This document shows, piece by piece, positions 58,101-64,000 of a stretch of DNA of 64,000 nt (positions are counted from its first letter, which is position 1; each line of letters starts with the position of its first letter). Below the pieces are notes generated by a model that made no database searches, was not told where the DNA came from, and worked only from the letters and a program-made list of their open reading frames with translations. Made by a program: the position numbers and the translations under genes. This DNA comes from Hydrolagus colliei (taxonomy: Eukaryota): positions 62,001 through 126,000 of the forward strand of contig CM068760.1 of NCBI GenBank assembly GCA_035084275.1, read 5' to 3'.

Positions 58101-60888
58101 CTTCTAAAAACAATTTTTTGGTGTGTTTTGCCCACAAATATAGTCAAATCACTTGACAGTATATTCTGTGAAGCGCTTTGAAATGTCTAGAAGATGTGAA
58201 AGCGCTATATCAAAATGCAAGGATTATTATAATTATAAGCAGTATTCTGTCTATAAAAAGGTGCTTTTTCTCACCATGAAATAACTCACGCTTTTGCTCT
58301 TTCCAGGGACACATCAGGACAAGGAAGGTTCTGCACCATCTTCCGTTCCTACTCCAGAGGAGCTCAGGTACAAGTGTCATCATATAATTAGCTGATACAT
58401 TAAAATATGCATTATTTAACAGCCCCTTGTTACTTGTCACTGAATCCTTCACACGTCAGTCCCAACGACAGTGCTTGCCATCCACTGAGAGAATGAAGTT
58501 CTGACATTTACACACATTACACATAGATGATTTTCTCAACTAGAAATGAATTTTGAAGAATTTATCAAATGCAAAATATTCCATTATATCCAGCCTTTAG
58601 TAAATTGCTTGACATTCATTTTTTAATCCAGAAACACATTCAGGAAAAAAAAGATTTTCTTAAATGGTATATTTTTGGTTCGGAGTGATGTCAATATTTA
58701 TAAGATATTTGGATATGATTAAAGACTGGAGCGAGAAAGAAATTTTCATTTAAAATGTGCTTTAATTTTCAATAACCTCCTTTAGCCTCCCACCCCCAAC
58801 TGTATTTCTAATTTCCTTCCTTCAGTTAAAATTAAACTTCCCGTTTGTTACCTTCCCTTTCTATCTCGCTCCAGTCTTTAATCATATCCAAATGTGTTAT
58901 AAATACTGATGTCACTCTGAGCCCAAAATACACCATTTAAGAAAATCTTTTTTTTTCCTGAATGCGTTTCTAGATAAAAATGAGTTTGATTCCCGGCAGG
59001 GTGAAACCTTAGGCAAGTTTCCTTACTCCACATGCCTGATAACAATCCCTCAAGAAAACAATAATAAATTGGTAATTTCAATCCATGATTGTTTGTGGGA
59101 CACTGTTGTGCACAATTGACTGCCGCATTTCACCCACAAATGTAGTCAATTCACTATAAGTCTATACCTAAGTGCAAGTATTATTTTTATTACATTTGCT
59201 GAACTGGATTCTTACCCACTTGCTTTGTTTCACAGGGTGTGATTTTGGTCTATGATATTGCAAATCGCTGGTCTTTTGATGGTATCGACAGGTGGATCAA
59301 GGAGATAGATGAGGTAATGCACATTTTAGATCCAGTAATTTCTTCCTGATGAAATTCTGGTAAATTTAGGCAAGTGTCAGGCTTTAAGTAGATCCATTTT
59401 ATTGACTGTCTTGTTAAGAGACAAATGCTTCTGTTGTTTCCAGGAAGGATTCTATCACCACAGTCGCATCACTATGGTTATGGATGTTTAAAATGTTTCT
59501 CAGTTATATTAAAATCTATTGTGCAGTTATGGAGACTTTTTAAATTGTCAGTAAAGATTGTGATGTTTAGCTTTCCTTGTCTACAAATGTGCACCCGAGT
59601 GTAATGCATGTCCGCAGCTCAACATATTGTTAGATCATTTCTTTCATTCACCACTGTAGCTGTTCACAGAGAGCACAGCTGGGTGTTTTAGATTATTCAG
59701 CGAAACCTGGCACCGAAAGATGCGAACACATTGAACTCAAGCAACTCTGATGGTGGGAGAACATAATTACGTGTTGCTGTTTTGCACCGTGAATGGCTCA
59801 GAGAGTGACCCTGAGACTCTGTCCTGCGAAGAGGGCACTGTATAAGTGCTTGTTGTTCCTTCATTTCACTAGATCTTCTCTTCCTTCCCTCAGCACGCCC
59901 CAGGTGTGCCCAAGATCCTAGTGGGCAATCGTCTTCACCTTGCCTTCAAGCGTCAAGTGTCTACAGAGCAGGCTCAGGCTTATGCTGAGAGGCAAGGCAT
60001 GACGTTCTTCGAGGTCAGTCCTTTGTGCAACTTCAACATCATCGAGTCATTTACAGAACTGTCCAGGATTGTGCTGCTGAGACATGGGATGGACAGGCTC
60101 TGGAGACCCAACCGAGGTCAGTTTGTTTATCTCGATGCAAGCCTCTCTCACCAATATGTCTTTCTCTCAAACCCTGAAGGTGTCGTTGTATAAAACCCGA
60201 AGAGCAAGAATGGAGATTATATCTAATTATTGGTGGATCGCTTCTCCCGGGGGTAATAACTCCTTCAAAAAAAATTGGTCACCCAATCCACGACTGTTTG
60301 TGGAACGCTGCTGCGCGCAATTGGCTGCCATTTGGGAAAATGTATTCAATTTACTTTACAGATTTCGGATTTCCAGCGTCGGCAGTAATTTGCATTTGGT
60401 TACTTTACAGTATATTTCTGTGAAGTGCTTTGAGACGTCTCGAAGACATAATAACGTCCTATATCAGATTGTTTGAGTTTGGTCAAAAAAAATTTAGGTT
60501 TATTAAGTGTCAACCTAGCTCAGTCGGTAGCATCGCACCTCTGAGGTGAAAGGTTGTGGGTTCAAGCCCCATGTTGAGGACTTTGAATTCACATAATGAA
60601 TCCCTGTTTTTCTTTGCAGTACTAAGCCTTCAGGACCTCTGCTGTCGAGCCGTAGTCTCCTGCACGCCTGTGCATCTCGTAGACAAACTGCCTCTTCCTG
60701 TTGCCTTAAAAAGTCACCTTAAATCCTTCTCCATGGCCAATGGACTGAATGCCAGAATGATGCACGGACGCTCCTACTCTGTCACTGCCAACGGCAACAA
60801 ACGGAATAGCCTGAAGAAATCCAAGATCATCCGACCTTCTCAAAGCCCCCCACAGACCTGCCCTCGGAACAGCTGCAAAATCTCTTAG
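43048..60888 (+). CDS. RAB40B: Ras-related protein Rab-40B (Rab GTPase + SOCS box), 277 aa; join(43048..43189,56501..56561,58307..58367,59236..59313,59894..60116,60620..60888)
   Basis: 834 nt spliced ORF; [24 protein letters not shown] box [12 protein letters not shown]...LPLP, CaaX CKIS; B-type residues ([21 protein letters not shown]) and adjacency to FN3KRP. Confidence 0.95.
43272..43838 (+). mobile_element. Full-length tRNA-derived SINE (43272-~43624) plus a second 3' fragment (~43730-43838)
   Basis: AGCTCAGTGG A box, GAGTTCGAATCC B box, family body and tail twice. Confidence 0.85.
45217..45300 (+). mobile_element. Penelope-like terminal repeat fragment (tentative)
   Basis: GCTGGGTACAACCAGCAGGTCAGGCAGCATCTATGGAGAAAGGAAA..GTCAACATTTC resembles a common chondrichthyan repeat end; a related fragment lies at ~48065-48100. 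Confidence 0.4.
45935..46245 (+). mobile_element. SINE 5' part interrupted by an antisense L2 3' fragment (~45975-46137)
   Basis: GCAGCTCAATGATTAGAGTACTCCCCTTGCAA | L2 tail reverse complement | GCAAGAGACCCGGGTTCAATTCC. Confidence 0.8.
49441..50355 (-). mobile_element. CR1-type LINE 3' fragment
   Basis: ORF 49839-50282: QRDLGILV...KANGMLAFI...[16 protein letters not shown]; tail GAATGGCCTACTCCCGCTCCTAATTCCTATG. Confidence 0.9.
51060..51385 (+). mobile_element. CR1-type LINE fragment, degenerate
   Basis: TGTGTTCAATTCTGGGCACCACACTTTAGGAAGGAT... parallels the CR1 at 31339. Confidence 0.75.
56501..56561 (+). CDS. RAB40B: RAB40B exon 2 ([19 protein letters not shown])
   Basis: 61 nt; CCCGACAG acceptor, CTG|GTAAGT donor. 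Confidence 0.95.
58307..58367 (+). CDS. RAB40B: RAB40B exon 3 ([20 protein letters not shown])
   Basis: 61 nt; TTTCCAG acceptor, CAG|GTACAA donor. Confidence 0.95.
58616..58983. repeat. Long inverted repeat (~125-bp arms, ~120-bp spacer)
   Basis: 58707-58736 is the exact reverse complement of 58864-58893; imperfect pairing extends out to ~58616/58983. Confidence 0.9.
59236..59313 (+). CDS. RAB40B: RAB40B exon 4 ([26 protein letters not shown])
   Basis: 78 nt; TTTCACAG acceptor, GAG|GTAATG donor. Confidence 0.95.
59894..60116 (+). CDS. RAB40B: RAB40B exon 5 ([16 protein letters not shown]...DRLWRPNR)
   Basis: 223 nt; CCCTCAG acceptor, GAG|GTCAGT donor. Confidence 0.95.
60260..60470 (+). mobile_element. 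SINE body/tail fragment
   Basis: CACGACTGTTTGTGGAACGCTGCTGCGCGCAATTGGCTGCC...GTGCTTTGAGACGTC. Confidence 0.75.
60620..60888 (+). CDS. RAB40B: RAB40B exon 6 (SOCS box to CKIS*)
   Basis: 269 nt; TCTTTGCAG acceptor; TAG 60886-60888. Confidence 0.95.
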
Positions 60889-61660
60889 CTGCAGCCTCAT
60901 GTGCAGAACTGAAATGTAAACCACTACATAGACAGTCTGATAAGCTGTGCTACAGCGGGGGGAAAGTCTGAAGAGATCCGTGGACTCCAGTTGGACGTTT
61001 GCACACAAGGGACTGACTAAAGCTGCTGCTAGTTAAATGTTGATTGCAAATGGCGTTGTTGTTACCAGAATCCCTGATCGTTTGATGTGAGTGTTGCCGA
61101 GTGAGGGAGAGACTTTCAACGGCTCACGCTGTGGTGGTAACTTGGATGTTTTTAAAAAGACGAGATGTTTCAGTATGTTTTTGTGTGAGCTGAACTATTG
61201 ACTTGTGTCATGTGACTGTAATCTATGTGGATTAAAGAATTTCAAAATTGGGTGTGATTTTTACTGGGTATGTGAAGTGATGCTGGGAATTGTGTTTTTT
61301 TTATATGGTAATACACTTAACTTTACATTGTTTAAACCCCTCAAATCCTACACTCAACAAACACATCCTTCTAACGGTTTGAAGGATCTAATTCTAGGAA
61401 AATACAACTTGCAAGCACTCAAAATAAAATGTGCATCTATGTGTGAATATCGCAGAAATGCTGTTCAGCTGTTTGTGGGAATTAAATTGTTCGACAGTTT
61501 TGGTGATTGATACTATTGTGGATTATTGTTAATTCAGTGATTTGTAAAATATAAGCTTCTCTGTAGGACTACACTAGGATTTCCAGAACTAATGCCAAAG
61601 ATATCCTTGGGTGTCAACCGTGTCGGGGCAAAGATATCCTGGGTTATTGTACTCTTTTGT

Positions 61661-61666
61661 AATAAA
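61661..61666 (+). terminator. Probable RAB40B poly(A) signal
   Basis: AATAAA ~770 nt after the stop, with a U-rich tract downstream; an alternative AATAAA lies at 61423. Confidence 0.55.
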
Positions 61667-62612
61667 AAAAACACTATTTAAAACAAATTGTGTACAAATT
61701 CACTTCAATGTTATTCTGCTTTTTTTTAATCAGTTTCTCAAGTGACCTCGCTGCTACTGTGACGGGAGTTCTCTTTAAACACCTGCTCTTTGCAGATATT
61801 TAGAAATATTGAAGGCTGGGTTGGTTCAGCAATCCCTGTACTCAATATAACGTTTGAGTTTGCTGTTGGACATCAGGTCGCCTTGTTTGACTGAAGGCCT
61901 CTGTCTGTGAGCAAGTTTAATAGTACACAGTGTGCAACACTGTGACGAGAACGTCTCCCACCCATAGTTGTGCCTGATGTTAAGCAACAACTTGGATTTA
62001 TGTTCCAACAACAGCAGATTGCACTTGTCTAGCTCTTTTCACGCAGGCTAACAGCTTGGAAACTGAAAAGTCTTCAGTTGTGATCTGAAAATGGAGAAAG
62101 AGGCAAAGTGGAGTGAAGGAGGCAGCGATTCTGTCGCTATATATTTGGGGGAGGCGAGTTTACAGGCCGATTGAGGGAACAGAAATTGATTTGCACAGTT
62201 CTTTTACGAGAGCCGGCACAGACACACTGGGCTGAATTCCCTCCCTTCTGTGCTGTGTAATTCTATGACTATAGGGTGGCGATATTGATTGTGAAGAATC
62301 CAAAATTGATCCACCGCAGCCTCCCGTCTGAAGGTTAACACAGACGCAGTGCAGCAGAGCAGGCAGACCAGACCAGACCAGAGAGAGAAAGGGTGTGACT
62401 GGGACCCAGATGATGTGGTGAATGTCACAGAAGAGGGGGTGGGTGGGGGTCGGCTGTTACAGTCTGAAATTGTTGAAATCAATATTGAGACTAGTGGCTG
62501 TAAAGTCTCGAGCAGATAGATGAGGTTCTGTTCCTTGAGCTTGTATTGTGGACCTGGAGTAGGGAGTGCAGACAGAGGGTATCATTCCCTTAAATATGTT
62601 TCAGTTAGTATA

Positions 62613-62683
62613 CAGTTGGCTCTCGTCGAACGCGGGAGTTACGTTCCTGGAAAATAGCGCACTCGGTAAAATCGCGTTTGCGT
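62613..62683 (+). mobile_element. Tigger/pogo-like left terminus truncated by an L2 tail
   Basis: TA|CAGTTGGCTCTCGTCGAACGCGGGAGTTACGTTCCTGGAAAA, CpG-rich; followed directly by an L2 3' stem-loop and (TTG)n. Confidence 0.5.
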
Positions 62684-63769
62684 TTCAGCGCCCTGGGATG
62701 ACCTCCCGACGTGAAAGGTGCTCGATAAATGTAATTTTTGTTGTTGTTGTTTGTTCGGTACGTAAAACAGTGACCAACTGAGCTAATCGGACACTGAATT
62801 TACCTGGGCTCTAAGAGGGACTTGATGCCTCAGCAGGGAATTATTTTTTGATATGTTTTGGAAAGTAATTTATCTCAGACAGAATAATCAAACAGTTTCC
62901 AGGGAGTGAATACGAGGTAACATTGATCAAAACCATGCGATTCAACACATAAGTAAATAAAATAATTAGAATCTATCATACTTTGGTCCTGCAGATGGTA
63001 TAATGTCTGAATGATGCCTTGTTATTTATCTCCAAATCCAGGAGGGGGCATGAGCTCTCATTTTCGATGTCCTTTACATTGAATTAAATAGTGCAAAGCG
63101 ATGCAAGAAATACATTAACTAAAATGAACCTATTTATGCATGGTTGATAACCATTTTTCTACAATTTTTAAAATGTCTACTTTGCAGGGTCCCGATTTAG
63201 GCAACGGCAAACTCTGTGGTTTCTGTTGGTTAAGTTCTCTTGAGACGCCGCCCAGTGTGGAGGGAACCTATACAAATGCAAGCTGTTGTTATTGTTGGTT
63301 TGGTTCCAGCAGTTACCCCCCCCCCCCCCCCCCCCCACAAACTCTGGGGGGCCCCAAGCCTTGGCTCATGAAGTTAAACCGACTACAAATTGGAATGAGT
63401 CAGAAGGCTGGAAGAAAGGCTGGATCATCGGCTTTAAGTTGGTATTGGACAAAATATAGGGTCTTAAAACCGACCGGATTTTGGGATGCAATAAGGTACA
63501 CTGCAAAGTTTTGAGAGAACGAGGGAAAGTGATCTACAAGCTTCTAGCTCTTTCTCTTGTCGGTTGGATGTTTGACATGTGGAAACCCACGCTCCCGAAG
63601 GGGTTCTACATATTCACAAAAATTGTTTGGAATGGAGAGCGCGCTCTCTTCTGGAAAGTATTAGGTGCAGTTTGACAAAAAAAACAGGATACTCTAATAT
63701 TAACTCCACCCCCTAAACATGGAACCCAGTTGTAAGTCGATTGCTGGATCAGTTTTCTACGGGGTAATA

Positions 63770-63962
63770 ATTCCTCCAACAAAAATGTGGTCACTCAATT
63801 CGCAATTCCCAATTGTTTGTGGGACATTGCCATGTCCAATTAATTAGCTGTTGTGTTTCATCCACAAGTATACGGTCAATTCTCTATACAGTATATTCTG
63901 TGCAGCGCTTTCAGACATCTCAAAGGCATGATAAGGAGCTATATCAAAGGCAAGGATTATTA
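63770..63962 (+). mobile_element. SINE body/tail fragment
   Basis: TTGTTTGTGGGACATTGC...CAGTATATTCTGTGCAGCGCTTTCAGAC...CAAGGATTATTAT. Confidence 0.75.
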
Positions 63963-64000
63963 TTCTTATTATCTCCCCACATATTTTTAATTCAAAAGGG

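Noticed and set aside
43048-60888. RAB40C assignment
   Set aside because: Sequence ([29 protein letters not shown]) and head-to-head position with FN3KRP fit RAB40B better

Overview
Vertebrate genomic DNA, most likely from a cartilaginous fish and possibly a chimaera. That guess rests on the tRNA-headed Deu-type SINEs, L2/CR1 LINE content and compact introns. The window holds the non-coding 3' end of SRSF2 (+, ~7045-7885, with the retained terminal intron and terminal exon). It then holds two head-to-head gene pairs: METTL23 (-, 5 coding exons, 231 aa) with JMJD6 (+, 6 coding exons, 403 aa), and FN3KRP (-) with RAB40B (+, 6 coding exons, 277 aa, CaaX). Exon boundaries were read by hand and have GT-AG ends and consistent phases. 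The most notable observation is in FN3KRP: exons 1-5 are pristine, but the last exon lacks its acceptor and the ~60 codons carrying the catalytic HGDLWxGN/DPA motifs. There are also several candidate isoform switches in SRSF2, METTL23, JMJD6 and RAB40B. Other structure includes a TA-flanked TIR element, a long intronic inverted repeat and a SINE/L2 shared 3' stem-loop. Homology calls rest on recalled vertebrate sequences, not on searches. No CRISPR, rRNA or bona fide tRNA gene was seen, and no prokaryote-style novel system is supported.
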